A stretch of DNA of 64,000 bases, taken from the human T2T-CHM13v2.0 reference genome, Homo sapiens. The stretch lies in NCBI RefSeq assembly GCF_009914755.1, contig NC_060937.1. The stretch is one strand, 5' to 3'. This document shows positions 27,284-41,673 of this stretch, piece by piece (the stretch's first letter is position 1; each line of letters begins with the position of its first letter). The notes below the pieces were generated by a model. It saw only the letters and a list, made by a program, of their open reading frames with translations, was not told where the DNA came from and did no database searches. Both the position numbers and the translations under genes were made by a program.

Positions 27284-28829
27284 TCCCTCGACTGCTTCTG
27301 ATGTTTCTTCTCAAATAAAATAATAATAATACAGCGTACAGTAACTTTTAAATTAAAATACAGACTCGTAGGTGGAGACTGGAAGCCTTCCTTTGTTTGT
27401 TATTGCTATTTTGTAACAGCTTGTTTATTGTGATGCTGCTGCTATACTGCTTAGTTACCTTCAGCATATTATTTTTTATTGCATGAATGGTATGTCAATT
27501 TTTAACTGTTAAGTACTTACATGTGAATAGGTATAAGAAAATGATTGCTTATGTGTAGCATATAAATTCAGAGACAGGAATAATGTTGGTGTCAAACAAA
27601 ATATTAAAAATATTATCTAAAATTACCTTCAGACTATGTCTATAAGGTAGATACGAAACATACATTGATTTTCTGTTTAGACTTGGGTTCCATCCCCAAG
27701 ATATCTCATCATGTATTTGCAAATATTTCAAAATTTGAAAGTGGTGTGTTCCCATGGTCTGTTCCAAATCCTTGATTTGACCCTGGGTAAATAGATTCAG
27801 GTCCACAATGAAGTAGCCCTGGTTTTGAAATTGCGGCTCTTCTTAAATCTTGACATTTCTCAGAGATGGACCAATCTCATAAACAGTCTTCATGTCTTTT
27901 CTCTAGTATCATTTGAATGCTCCGAATTCTAGTTCTTTGCTCAAAAACTAATGGATGCTGAAGCTGTTCACCCAAATACTGATGGTTGTAATGTGATTAA
28001 TTAAGAATACATTTAGAAAAATATACACTATGGTTTAATTCAATCATTAGGTTGTATGTGTTGAGAGCTGGTTATCAGCCGGTTATCTGCAGTGCAGTGT
28101 ACTATGTACTTGAAATAGGCATGTTTTATAGAAAAGAAACAGTTATGTTATACTTTACTTCACATAATTTTATGTTATATATGGTTGTCAAACATAAACA
28201 TCTTGAAAACGTTAAAGCCTGATAACTTGAATAGCATTCTAGAAAGTAAGGTTTTGGCATCATTTGGCAACTGACCTTCATAAGAATGAATTCCATGAGT
28301 AAATAAATACTACATATTTCTTTTTGCTTTGCAATCTCACTGGTAGAAAAGGAATGAGTCAATCACTCTTACTTAGAGACTCAGGAGGCATGATGAAAAA
28401 TGTATTTCAGCTCATTGCATAATGAGCAAAAGGCTACATCAAATAGTAATGGTACAATGCAAATAGGTAGCTTTGGACCTTCCAGTGCTCTGGAACATAC
28501 ATTAGTATATTTTCCCTAAAATTATTTTACGGTATATGCAGGAAGTTTTCCTCTACCCATTTTGAAACAAGAATATCAAATAATGAATTACACTTAACTT
28601 AAGAGACATTGTTGGGAGATAAGATTTTTGCCTCTGGAGTCAAGGCAACAAAGCCTAGTAGTTGTTGATAATGATGAGAGAATAAATAAAAGATAAATTT
28701 AGGTGAAGAGTAGGGGACTTGTCTCAATAATCTACAGAAATTTTGAATTTCATTTTGTGAAAAATGGAAATCATTGAAGATTTTGAATGAGGAAGTTTGT
28801 AATGAAAGCTGCATGAAACAACCACTGTT

Positions 28830-28952
28830 AAGAGGTTTTTATTATCCCCATTTTACAGGCAAGAACATTAAGGTTTAAGACTATATCATATAACCAAGGA
28901 CACACAGAGAAGTGCTAGCAGATCCAGAATTCAAAACTAGGCCTGTCTGACA
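28830..28952 (-). mobile_element. MIR fragment
   Basis: 'ttattatccccattttacagg...ccaaggacacacag...cagaattcaaaactaggcctgtctgac'. Confidence 0.7.
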
Positions 28953-29289
28953 CATCGATTTCCTTTTGCCCAAAGTAGAAGATGAAGAAAACTTAGAAGG
29001 AAAGAGATGGAGGTGGGAGGTGGCTGGAATAGGCAGTTTAAAGATGGAAATGAATACTTTCAGTCATTATTGACATATGGGCTAAGAAGGAGAGACGGAG
29101 AAGTTAAAAGATAAATTTCATATTTTGAAATCAGGAAAATGAATCATTAATATGAATTACCACATTGCAGAAACAAAGCCTGGCATGAAAAGTCAATCCT
29201 GTACAATGTTATTTTAAATTATTTAAAAAGAATGGTAGAAAGCATCTATTGACTGAAGGTGTTTACTATATTAAAAATGACTGACTTCT

Positions 29290-29475
29290 AAATATGATGT
29301 CTCTTGTTTAATTACTAAGTCCTTCATATAAATCATTGTATTTGACTCTCACAACTTCATGAAATGTACTAGTGATGTAGAAGTTACGGCTTAGAGAGGA
29401 TAGGTAATTTGGTCAATGTTATGCAGTGAGTACATGACAAAGTTGGGGTCATAAATTTTTGATTTCTCATTCCAC
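29290..29475 (-). mobile_element. MIR fragment
   Basis: 'tctcacaacttcatga...ggcttagagaggataggtaatttggtcaatgtt'. Confidence 0.5.
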
Positions 29476-31307
29476 ATCCAAGATACCAGGAAGTTCTTAG
29501 TGTGTGATAAATAGTCGTATGCATTTTCAACTTTCTTCAATCAAATGGAATACACATACATTCCAAACTAAATAGAACTAGTTAGCAACCTATTGAAATG
29601 GAGCAAGGGAGATTTAGATAAGTTTAAGGCAAGATGTCTATTTCAACAAAGATATAAATATCCTTACTAAGGCAGAGGTGAAGTAGTCTTACCTTTCAAA
29701 CTGTGATTAAGGCAGACAGCCCTCTGCCCTAACAAGATGATGTATGGTCCTTTTGAAGGCTGTGAAGGTGGTCTAATGACCTTGGCAATTCCATCCTATA
29801 TCCTAAGTATGTAACATAATAATGAAAATGTAATTACAGTCTTCACACCTATTCTCATTTTTTTTCTTTAATTCTATGATACTGAGTAAGTAGGCAGTCT
29901 CATTCCGAGTGAACAAATGTCCCTTTTCCATAGGCATTCACTTCATGTGGAATTTCAAGTTTTCCTTAACCCTACATTCCTTACTGCCATCTCATCCTTT
30001 TGGCTTTTTTTTTTTCTTTTTATTAATTAGAGAACCCATAAAACCCTTCAAGGATTTTTCTTGTAGAACACCTATAATAATATGTGTCCATCACACACAG
30101 AACACAAGCATGTGTGTGCATATCCTGACAGTATTGAAATAGGTCTGTCTTGAAGGCAATGAGTACGGCTCCTATGACAGAATGTTTCCTTAGAATCTCA
30201 AACTTGGTTTTCCGGAATAATAGCTTAAAACTCAGTCATTTAAGAGAACGTGATAACATGGCAAACTTTTATTTAACAATTACTATGCATAATAATTAAC
30301 AGTTATTATATATCAAACACTATTTTTTCAAATAAAATAGAGAAAGCAGTGATATTTTGACAATCCAGTTAATTGATTAATCTTGGTAGAAACATTTTTT
30401 ACAATTCATTTTACCCTTCTCAGACTCTAGTGGTATGACTTAAGAGAAATACCAAAATTCCAAAGTGTCTAGCAGTTCTTCCACTTGCTAACAGTTGGGA
30501 CAGATAATCATTTAGGGCAGCAAGTTTATGAGGCTTCGATACAGCACTATTTGTTACGCATTGAGCTGAAGGGAGGCATCTCAGAAGAGGACACAGTCTT
30601 AAAGAAAGAAGAGTTGCTGTAACTTCTCTGTTACACCAACTTTTAAGAACTCATTTGTTACATCAAAGATGGCTGGTAAGAATTGTCTTTTAGAGGAAAA
30701 TAAATGGTTATGTACTGATTAATGAGCTATAGAACAGGGAAGCATATTGAGATCCAATAGATCTGGAGTCCCAGGAAACAATCTCAGAATTCTGAGAAAT
30801 AAAACTGGGAAAAATTCCAGACACACGTTTCTTTCAAATTTCAGCAGATTGCTTTGTGGAGCAGAGAAAACTCTCATTTGTTTAAGAATGAATTTGTTTT
30901 TAATTTCAAAGTATACATTACCTCAATATACAGCAGATACATGGGTTAGACATTCATTGTCTCTATAATGTCTCTATCACATAATTGTAAAACTTGGGAA
31001 TATAATTCTCATGTTATTTAGTAGAAGGTTTAGAAATTCACATAAGAAATGCCCTCATGAATTAAATTAAGTCCAGAGAGAATGAAAAGAAGGGATAGTA
31101 GATTATTATTGCAAAATATTTTGTCAGGTAACAGTGGCTAATGAATGACATGGTGCCATCCAAGGAATATAAATTTGAAAGTCAAACATTTTTCCGGTGT
31201 ATCTGCTTATTCTTTTCTAATCACCTAGTGGCCTCTCAGAAATAAACAAAAGAATTTTGTGAAAGGGACTCTAACACTTCATTTTGTTTGATTTTAAAGA
31301 TGTCTAC

Positions 31308-31662
31308 CGTATTAGTCTGTTTTCATGCTACTAATAAAGACATACCTGAGACTGGGTAATTTATAAAGGAAAGAGGTTTGATGGACTTACAGTTCCACAT
31401 GGCTGGAGAGGCCTCATAATCATGGTGGAAGGCAAAAGAGAAGCAAAGCCACGTCTTACATGGCGGCAGGCAAGAGGGCTTGTGCAGGGGAACTCCCATT
31501 AGTAAAACCATCAGCTCTCATGAGACTTATTCACTACCATGAGAACAGTATGGGGAAACTGCCCCCATGATTCAATTATCTTCACCTGATCCTTCCCTTG
31601 ATACATGGGGATTATTACAATTCAAGGTGAGATTTGGGTAGGGACACAGCCAAAACATATCA
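31308..31662 (-). mobile_element. THE1 (THE1C-like) MaLR solo LTR
   Basis: Complete ~355-bp LTR from 'gtattagtctgttttcatgct...aataaagacatacctgagactggg' to 'gagatttgggtagggacacagccaaaacatatca'. Confidence 0.93.
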
Positions 31663-31899
31663 CATACTGTAACAGAACTTTATGTGACATATATAAATGG
31701 TTATGAGACTTATTTTAACATTCTTATTTAATGAGAAAAGCATTATTTCTTTTTTTAAAAAAGAAAATAGGTAATAAACTCCAATCAACCAGTTAAAAAT
31801 TATAAATATCCACACAATACTTTAACGGGGTTTGACTTTATATAGTGTTTTGTTTTGAATTGTACTTACGTCCTTAATATGTAAGTAGTAATTTATTAC

Positions 31900-32830
31900 C
31901 CATGATTTTAAATAGTATCCCTCATAATTTTAACTGGATTTGCAGTAACCTTTTTTGTGTGTTATAATTTAATCAAAGTTTTATAACAATATGTTAGTTT
32001 TTTTAATACTTAAATATTTTAAACAATATGTTACATGTCAATTTCTCTTGCAGTAAACTCTTAGTATGAAATTTGGCCTCAAATGTATGCATATTCAAAG
32101 CTCTAGATACATTTTGCCAACTTGCCCACCATAAAGAACCAATTTAAACTTCAGTGAAATGTATGACCATATATCTTTACCACAGCCTTGCAAACAATGC
32201 ATAACGCATCTTAGTTCCCCATTTTATAGGTAAAATGACATTTTTCTTATTGCTTGAACTTACATTTTTTTGCTTATTTTTCTACAATTTATCATATGGA
32301 CTTTGGCCATTTGCTTCCTATTCTCAGCATCAGTTACATCCTTTGTCCACTTTTCTACTGGTGTAGTCAACTAGTTAATATTAGGACATGTTTATAAAAT
32401 CAATATTATATTAAAGTTATATACTACAAATTATGTGCTGGTAGTTTTACTTTTTACTATACAGAAAATTCATGAGTGTTAAATTAACAGCTCTTTTCCT
32501 TATATTCTCTTTCTTTGCCTATTTTATGCCAATAGCGTAAATTCACTTATGTTTCATTTCAGTAATCCTATGGCTCCATTCTTTATATCTGAATGTTTAA
32601 TTCATCTGGATTTTATTAGGGTATGTGTTGTGAGGTAGGGGTTTAACTTTGTTTTCTTTTTCCACATGGTTAGCCAACTGGACCAGTACCACATGTTAAA
32701 TAATGTATTCGATTCTCTCACAATGTAAAATGTCATCTATCTCATACTACCTTCAAGTGCATGTACGATATACACTTGGCCTGCATATGGGCTCCCTTTA
32801 CCATGCCATTTATTGGTCTGTGTAGTCCTG
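31900..32830 (-). mobile_element. Very old L1M (L1ME-like) remnant
   Basis: 'tagatacattttgccaa', 'ttggccatttg', 'ctttgtccacttttctactgg', 'tttaattcatctggatttt', 'gtaccacatgttaaataat' in reverse ORF2 order. Confidence 0.6.
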
Positions 32831-33942
32831 CAAACCCATTTGACACCTTAACCACAGGCAATTTGGAAGACATAAGACCCAAGAGTTTCCTAAGGGTGGA
32901 GGATGGGCAGAGTAGGAGGGGGTTGAAAATTGATGGCAGGAAGTACCACACAGGGTTTAGTCTGCAGAGGAATAAAAGTGCAAATTTTTGAAAAGTCTAA
33001 AGTTCTCCTTTCTCTTGACACAAAATGTATCAGAAAGAATCCACAGGAAGAAAGCGTTATCAGGAGGAGAAAAAAAATGATGACAAGAACAAGAAATAAA
33101 GTTTATGTTTTTGTTGTTGTTGTTGTTTTTTCCCTTTCTTTCCTACAGTCACCCCGGCTGAGGAACATGTAGTGTCATTCTGAGCTTCAAAGTGAGGTCA
33201 GCACACAGCTAAGGAGATGGAAGAGATGGTCAAGTTGTCTAAAGAAGCAGGAACAAGAGCATCAAGAAACTGTCTCATAAATGTGGAACAGGGTGATCTT
33301 CAATGTCAGTAGCAAATTGCACTCGATAGGAAAACTCGTTCTTTCTTTAGTTGTTGGGTGGCATGGGAAAGACTTTCCTAATTCCCATTACGGCCACTGA
33401 AAATGTTGCCAAATTTTTGCGTGGACATATCATAAGCATACACACATTTTTAATTCAATGTCTAATAGAAATTTTTGCCAGGAATGCCAGATGAGATATG
33501 AAATGTTGGAAAGTTGGAGAATTATGAGGAGAGTACCTTATTTCTATGTATCAAATATTCTCATTTGCAACTTAAATTAAATCACAATGTACATACAAAA
33601 TCTAACCCAGGTTCTTTATGGCTATATTATCAAACACAAATGTTTCAAGTGGATTTAAATATGACATAAATATGAGGCATACAATATATTTTACATACCA
33701 AGAGCCTAGCAAGATATAGTTATCCCAAATGTCAATGTCTTTCCAGCTTTTGATATGCATTCCATAAATAGGTACCCTATGAGAATGGTTTACTTGATGG
33801 CTTGGAACCCTGGAATAATGGTGCCTAAACAAGCATAGAAACTCCAAGGGTAAAGAAGAAAGTGTAAATAAAATGCATTTTTAAGCATTAGAATTAGGAT
33901 TGGTGTGTCTCTGTATCAGCTGCTTAGGTAAATTAAATACAG

Positions 33943-34236
<294 letters not shown>

Positions 34237-35563
34237 TAAATACAAATATTTTAAAACCAGAAGGCCACATTATCAGTGAACACCTGTCAGCAAGAAACAA
34301 AGGTAAATTCATAAAGAATTCATAAAAAATGTGTTCAGGCCTCATACAGGTTCCCAAAACAACCTTCACAAGCATAGGATGGTTGTTTTTTTGTGGTTTT
34401 TTTTTTTTTTTTTTTTTTTGATATTATTTGGTTTTCACATGGGAAACAAAATGTCTGGCTTAGAGCCAAGGCCTCTTCACAGTCACCCAGAGAACAAGCA
34501 GGAAGATGCCCAGCCACAGGGAGCAGGTGGCATTCTCAGCAAGCCTGCAAACCTACACCAGGTTTATACAGGAAGAGGGGCACAAGTGGTCCCAGAGCAC
34601 CTCGCAAGACAGAGTGTGAGGATGAGCTAATTACCCTGAGTAAATTACCTCTCCTCTCCAAGGATTTACAGGCATATTGCTATCTTAGTACTTCTAGCTA
34701 CATGCCTTAGGAATCATTAAGAACATATTTCAATTTTCTTTGACTTAATCATAAGCCATAATTTCTCATTGTTTTTAATTGTTTAAATAGGATTGATTGT
34801 GCCTTTAGAAATCTTTTTCTTTCTGTGATCAAAAACAGAGCTTTGCTTTTTCTTATATAGTCTCTTAGACATAGCTCTTAAGCAGGGAATTCATGTTCCT
34901 GTAACAGGTAAAATTGTTTCGAGAGTCATTTCAATGAAAGAGATGGTTATGTTTGTAAAGTAATACTTATGCATGTATTTTTAACTCGAATTCTTCCTCG
35001 TGCTAAAGAATATGATATACATATCTAAACAAGAATGTAGCAAAATTGTCCATTCTTATTCAAATTGTTATAAAATATTTTTCCATTTATATAATTTCAC
35101 ATTTTATTTAATACATATTGGGTAGTCTAGTATATTGAAAACATAGTATAAAACATTTAATTGATTTCCTAAGACAGAATTATTTGTGGGAAAAAATGAT
35201 TGGCAAGTGTCTCAATCATCCTAAAATATTAGGAATGTTGTCCTCACATTTTACTGGATTCTAGTGGCTGATTTGATTGGAAGAAATCCTTAGGAATACG
35301 GACTTTGCTCTTAAGAGTTATTTCATTTTATTATTTTTATTTTGTTTTACTTAAAGAGCAGTATAATAGTAGCTCTTAAGATTTAGATTTGACAAAATAA
35401 ATTCTATACAAGGATGTTCACACATGTTGTTTCTCTGCTTTTTTTACCCCATTAGTTTAATGGTGTAGTCATCTAATTACATTAGAATGAGAGAGCACGT
35501 GCAGGTAACACATTTTGCTATTTCATGGGTAACTGCCTACTAAGAAGGGGGATCTGTATGTTC

Positions 35564-35720
35564 TAGTATCTCGTGTTCAGAGTGTGGTCCGTGGAGCATC
35601 AACATCTGCACTAATGGAAAACTCATTAAGGATACAATTTGTGAGCTCTGCCCAACACAAATTGATTCAAAACCTGCATTTTCACAAGATTTCCTGGTGA
35701 AGAATTCAGACTTCTGAGGT
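35564..35720. mobile_element. MER5A-type hAT MITE
   Basis: 'agtgtggtcc...agcatcaacatc', 'gattcaaaacctgcattttcacaagatttcctggtga'. Confidence 0.65.
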
Positions 35721-36404
35721 AATCTGAGAAAAAGCATAAATGAGAACCGGTACTGGGGAGGTGAATGTACAAGAAAACTGAAAGCTGCTGGGATGACTCC
35801 GTGGTGTGTCTGAGGGCTTAACTCTTTTACTGGCGTAGTGCTAAATATGATCCTTTCCCTCTAATACTCAAATCTTTGGTAAAAACTTCTGCTTTCATAC
35901 AGGTTTTGTGTTCTTTGGAATTTAATAGTGGATGAATCAGAGGCTCTGTGAAGAAGTTAAAAATGGAAAGAGAGAGAGAGAAAGAGAGCAAGCTAGCTCA
36001 GGATTCAAGAACTGAGATGGGCAAGGACCGAGATGTCCTAGGAGACAGAGCTAGGACAGAGAATGTAAGAGAGGTGACAACATAAAGAGGTGAGCTTGGA
36101 CCCCTAAGAACTGTGGAAACCCAGAGAAGCCTGTGGAAGGAGGAGGGCCTGGGACTCCAGTGTCGGTTAGATCCTAATGGTCTGATACAATTCAGCAGAG
36201 AACCGGATTAGACAAACGTAATTAATCGAATACATATCTCTAAAATTTTAAATACCTAAAAACAGTTTTCTGAATATGCATATTTTTGGAAAGTAAGAAT
36301 TGAAGGAAATCAATTTTCAGAAAGTTTATATTAGGCATCATGGATTTTAATGCTAGATTTTGTGGCATTTTATTGATGAAAGTGGTAATATTAAAAAGAG
36401 TAGA

Positions 36405-37800
36405 TGATGCCTGCTTCTAACCAAGATAAAATGGCATGGAGCAGATTTATCCTCCCAGAGAAAACCAGAAGTGGACAAAATATATAAAACCATTGTTTTC
36501 AAGAAACTGGGCATCAAACAAATAATTCCAGACGTCTTTGATAGAAAAGAGACAAATTAGTTAAATCCTAGAACAGGCCTACCTTAATCCTAGAGAGAGT
36601 TTGCTAGTGATGGAGCAGAAATTGGGAATCCACATGGGAGCCAGTGGTCTCCCTGGGTTGAGAAGAGAGACTGAGACGAAAATGTGGAGATACCAGGGTG
36701 CCTGGAGGTCATAGGAAAGAGAACTGATGAACAGGAAGCTACAAAGAGATGAAGTTCATACGACCTCAAGAAAGACCCCCTTGAGAATTCAGTTGGGCAC
36801 TGGTCATGGAATGAATGGGAGAAAACTACCCAAGGCTGGCAAAATGGCAACCCAGAAAGGATTAGAAGAAACAGTCTCTGGAACACACACGAGTGACAAC
36901 AGTGCCTGTTCCCAGCAGTCTGAGAGGAAAAACTTAGCAATTTAAATAGAATACTTAGAAAGGTTTGTTTCAGTAGAGGCAAAACATAAGTTCTAGTCTA
37001 AATACTGCTTAGGTTTTTCCTAACAGTGGTTAAAACAAAAACCTGAAAGGATCAACCTGATTCCAAGGAACATAAGCATGTTCCCGAAAAAAAAAATCAC
37101 TAATATTTATAGGAATACATATATAGTCAAATCAAAAATAACTTCTGTTAAATAAAAAATATTCAGGTACACAAAGAAGCCGGAAAATATTACCCATAAT
37201 AAGGATTAAAGTCAATTCATACAAACAGACCCCAGAAATGACACAGATGATACGGTAAGTAGTAAAGAATACCAGAGAGTTGCCATCACATTTCACTTGC
37301 TCAAGAAAGTAAAAAAGAGATGCAACTTGTTAAAAAGACAAGGAAATAAAAAAAAATTCTAAATTAAACTTCTACAGAGGAGAACTATGGAAATAAAAAA
37401 TACACTGGATTCAATTAACAACAGATTAAATATTGTCAATGAAAAATATAGTGAACTTGAAAAAATAGAAAATAATGAAAATTAAACATAGAAAGAGACT
37501 GAAAACGTATGAAGAGAAAATAAAGGAGCTAGTTCTGTAATATACATGCAATTGGAGTCCCCAAAGATGGGTGTAGACAGAAAAGAAAATTGAAGAAATC
37601 ATGGTCATTTTTCAAATTTGTTAACAACAAAACCCTACAGGTCAAGAAGCTCAGTGGACACCAAGGGTGGGGAAAACGTCACCAAAGCACAACATATAAA
37701 ACTTCTCAAATTCTATGATAAGGAGAAACATTTTAAAAGCAGCTAAGACCAGGGGAGAAAAAGAGGGAAGGAAGAAAAAGGTAAAGACATGCAAAAGAAA
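36405..37800 (+). mobile_element. Old L1M 5'UTR and ORF1 remnant
   Basis: 'ggacaaaatatataaaaccattgttttcaaga', 'gaccccagaaatgacacagatgata', 'aaattaaacttctacagag', 'caagaagctcagtggacacca', and an ILKAA motif in ORF 37715-37939. Confidence 0.7.
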
Positions 37801-38104
37801 AAGACCGACCTTGAAGCTAGCCAGAATCACAGCACTGTTAAATCGCATACAGGAAGTTTGCAGAAACACCATGTGCTTATACTGTGCTGTTCACCATATT
37901 TCTAGTCTCAGTCTCTGTTCCGCAATGCTCATAGCATGACTGGAGTGGGGAAGAAGGCTGTGAGCACCCATCAGCTATCTATCCTTATAAGTTGTTGAAA
38001 ATATTCAAAAATTTGTAATAGCCTTGTAATTATTGGTAGCACTTCTAAGAGCTTAATATTTTCTACATATTTTATAACTTTAGCTATGAAAATAATTATT
38101 TGCT

Positions 38105-38235
38105 TTACAGCATATTAAAAGTTCAATTTTATAGATGAGGAAATGGAAGATGAGAGAGGTTAAGTAATAAATGAGAATTACAGAGTATTAAGTAGCAGAT
38201 CGAGGATATAAGCCAGGATGTCTAAAATCAGAGCA
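38105..38235 (-). mobile_element. MIR fragment
   Basis: 'ttttatagatgaggaaatggaag...agagaggttaagtaa'. Confidence 0.65.
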
Positions 38236-39339
38236 TACAGTAATTTTCAGTATAAAATATTACCCTTAGTCAATTCTTAGCATTCAAAGAAGAATTCAAC
38301 AAATCATCAAACAATATTAGTCCTTCACTACAGATATCTTTTAATCCTGGATATAAATACCCAGTTTTCCACTGAGCTTTATTATTATATTTTCTTAAGT
38401 AGTCAAATTCAAACTCATCAGTTGATAGAAAGTAAAATTTACATCTATAACCCAGTTGAATTGTAAAGGATCTATCAAGTGAACTATACTTAGCAGAGAT
38501 ACATTTTCTGCTTCTAGCCAAGATGGAAAGAAAAGCAGACAAAATATATGAATCAAATTGAGCTATAACTTCAATTCATTCTAAATAAAACATCCAGCAG
38601 GTCTTCACAGATACTTGCAAGCTTAATATAAAACTTATATAGGGATAGAAAGAGTCTAGTGTAGCCAAAGCAATTTTGAATAAAAGGCTAAAGTTGGAGA
38701 AACAAAACTACCTGAATTTAAGACTTAATATAAAGTGATATTAATCTAGACATTATGCTCATTGAGTAATGACAGACAGATGGATCAATGGAACAGAACA
38801 GAACGTTTAGATATAGACCTACACATATATGGACAACCAATTTTCAAGAAAGGTGCTAAAGCAATCAAATGGAGAAAAGATTGTCTTTCAAATAAATGGT
38901 GCTTGAAAAAATAATTGGATATCTGTTAGGCAAATGAAAAACAAAACAGAACTATCACGTATACTTCACACCTTATGTACAAGTTAACTCAAAATGGGTT
39001 GTAGCCCTAAATGTAAAACCTGAAACTATAAACCTTCTAGAATAAAACATATGAGAAGGGGCTTTCTGACCTGGGTCGGGGGGTGGTGGTGGTCAGGCAA
39101 CCATTTCTTAGAAGCAATGCCCAGTTTGATCTCTAAAAGAACACAGTGATAATTTGGACTTTATCAAAATTGAAAACTTTGATTCTAATGGGACAGTAAA
39201 GTGGATGCAGAGTATAGGCACAATCTAATCTGATGTATATTTTATTTCCATGTTGTACTTTTCCTCGGTTGAAATTCAATTTACATGGTTTTTGCATCGT
39301 CCCTGTTGCTTTTTAACATGTTACACCTCTCCTTTAGTT

Positions 39340-39690
39340 TCTTCTCTCTCAAATACAGCCACGACCTTCTCCTTTCCTCACTCAAAACCCTATCATGGCT
39401 TTCAGTGGCCACAGGATTGGGCCATGACACCTTAACTTGGCCTTCAGAACTCTTCATGGTCCAACATGGCCTGTCTCTCCAACCCCACCCCTTAATACTC
39501 CCTGGGTTGCTGAAAGCATGGGCTCTGTGTGTTGCTGTGTGACCCTGAGCAAGTTACGTAACTTATCTGAACCTCAATTCCTCATCCATAAGTGTGAAAT
39601 AAACCTCTGCCACAAAGGGAACAGGGTTTCACTTGTGTGACTCCAGTGAGCTCATGCCTGTACCCACTAGGCTGGGTACACAGTCATTGC
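39340..39690 (+). mobile_element. L2 fragment followed by a MIR fragment
   Basis: L2-like 'ctcactcaaaaccct...atggctttc...cttaacttggccttca'. MIR 'gctgtgtgaccctgagcaagttacgtaacttatctgaacctcaattcctcatccataa'. Confidence 0.7.
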
Positions 39691-40016
39691 TCATCAAATG
39701 CAAGGGGACATGTTTGTAAGTAATATATTTGTAATTGATGTAATTGATAAGGGGCTTGCATGTATAATACGGAAGGAATTCTCAAAAACATTAAGAAAAC
39801 AAACAACCCAATAATAAATGAGCAAAAGATTTGAAAACACTTTTTACTAAAGAAGATATACGGATGGTAAACAACCAATGAAAGGATGCTAACCATTATT
39901 AATCACTATAAATGCAAATTACTACCACCGTGTGATACCTCTGTCTTTTAGAATGACTAAAATTTTAAAAACCTGCCCATACCAAGTGTTGGCAGAGATG
40001 TGGAGTATTTTACATT

Positions 40017-40632
40017 TGTTTAATATAGTTGCTGCCTCAGAATCCAATTTTAGGCCTGACATAAGGTGTTTGAAATACAGTCATACCCCATCACCTCCAG
40101 CCTGGTTAAAAGCTCCCCTCCCTGTGGCTGTTTGTAATATAGCCCAGTTGTTCTTCATCTCACAGACCCAAAACCTAACACACCCTGCAGGTGCTGACCA
40201 CAATAAAACTTAATAGTCAACATCAGAGTCATAGAAACAAGTTCCCTGCTGCATGCATGTTTTCTTTAAACTAGGTAATACACAACCATCACAGGAAACC
40301 TAAAGAATAAAGACCATGGACCTTAATAGCATAGTTCCCCAGGTTCTCTCTCTCTCTCACTCCCCCCCACCAACTGGGTAAACTTCCTGGGTCTACTTCT
40401 TGCAGACTTCTTGGCAGCCTCCCATCAGCACGCCTGAGCTCTCTGGACCTGTGAATGGTAAGTGTTCTCTGTTTCATGCATTTTGGTTTCACTTCATTGT
40501 ATCTCTCCTGACACACACACCTGAACTTTATGTTACCCCCAGTCCAGGCTCTCTTAGATAATAGCTGTTCTGGTTAAAGGCCACTCTCAGTGAGAGAACT
40601 CAGCACCAAATTAGGAAAAAACAATTATAACG
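40017..40632 (+). mobile_element. MER73/MER74-family ERVL solo LTR inserted in the L1M
   Basis: Begins tgtttaatatagttgctgcctcag...ttttaggcctgacataag, ~615 bp. The host L1 stops at 'ggcagagatgtggag' and resumes at 'tctcatatgctgct'. Confidence 0.7.
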
Positions 40633-41625
40633 TGGCATATAAAGATCTCTCATATGCTGCTAGAGGGAAGAAAAAATATACAAACAGACTGAGAGTTTCT
40701 GAAAAGTTTAAACTTTCATGTAATCTAATCATTTTATTCCTTCATATTTGCTTGAGAGAAATAAACAAAATAAATGTATATATCCTTACAAACACTTATA
40801 CTTCCTATATATAAAATTCTTCATAGCAATTTCATTTGAAATAGTCAAAAACTGGAAACAACCCAAATGTTCATTATCAGATGAAGGAATTTAAAAAATA
40901 GTTATACCTCTTAGTAATGAAAAGAATAAACTATACTGGCTACAGCATGGATGGATCTTAAAATAATTATTCCAAGTAAAAGAAGCCAGAACTCTTTTCC
41001 CACAGCAAAAAAAAAGAGTTCACCTTGTATGATTTCATTTATATCAATTTCTAGAATTTTTAAACCTGTCTTGTAACAGAAGCAGATCCATGCTCCCTAG
41101 AGGTAGAGGAGGAAGTACCTCAGGAAAGACAGGAGAAATTGCAAAAAGGCTGCAGGATTCTTTGGGAGGTGATGGATGTGTTCATCATCCTAAGTATGGT
41201 GGTATTTTTATAAATTTATAACTAGAAATACACAAACTTCAAATTGTATATTTTAAATTTGTACCATTTGTTGTTTACCAATTATGTCTCAATCTGTTAA
41301 AACAAGTGGAAAACTGAGAATTCTATTTCTTTCTGCAATACTCACAGTGACTTCTCTTCATTCTGCCTTCTACTCATAGGACATTCCCAGTGCCGCCAGT
41401 TGGACCTTGCTTCCTCATCCTCTGTGTGTTCACTATATGTTGTGCACACCAGAACATGTTGAATTGCCTGTAAGCATTTGACCGCATCTCTCTCTGATTA
41501 TTAAGGTAAAACTCTGCAAATTCGCAGACCAAATTTTAAAGCTGTCATATGTGAGTGACTGTCAATGAATAGTGAATGAGTGAGATAACAGTGGCCCTTG
41601 CTTAAGGATGTTGTTAGGAGAATGA

Positions 41626-41650
41626 ATAAACAAACAAACAAACAAACAAA
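41626..41650 (+). repeat. (AAAC)n microsatellite
   Basis: Read directly. Confidence 0.85.
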
Positions 41651-41673
41651 GCAAAAATAAAGACTAACCAGTC

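Larger units (their letters stand above)
24869..27740 (+). mobile_element. Tigger4/Zombi (pogo-family) DNA transposon, internally deleted, split by an L1
   Basis: Left end TA|caaattgagcattcctaatctgaaaat...caagtggaaaattccacacctgacctcatgtga. Right subterminal 'aaaattaccttcag...ttagacttgggttccatccccaagatatctcat'. The right TIR is not recognisable. Confidence 0.85.
38545..41305 (+). mobile_element. Old L1M (MD/ME-like) ORF2 3' part and 3'UTR, interrupted twice
   Basis: 'agccaaagcaattttgaa', 'gatcaatggaacagaa', 'ttcaaataaatggtgct', 'aaagaagatatacggatgg', 'aaaaactggaaacaacccaaatgttcat', 'acagcatggatggatctt' occur in colinear order. Confidence 0.8.
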
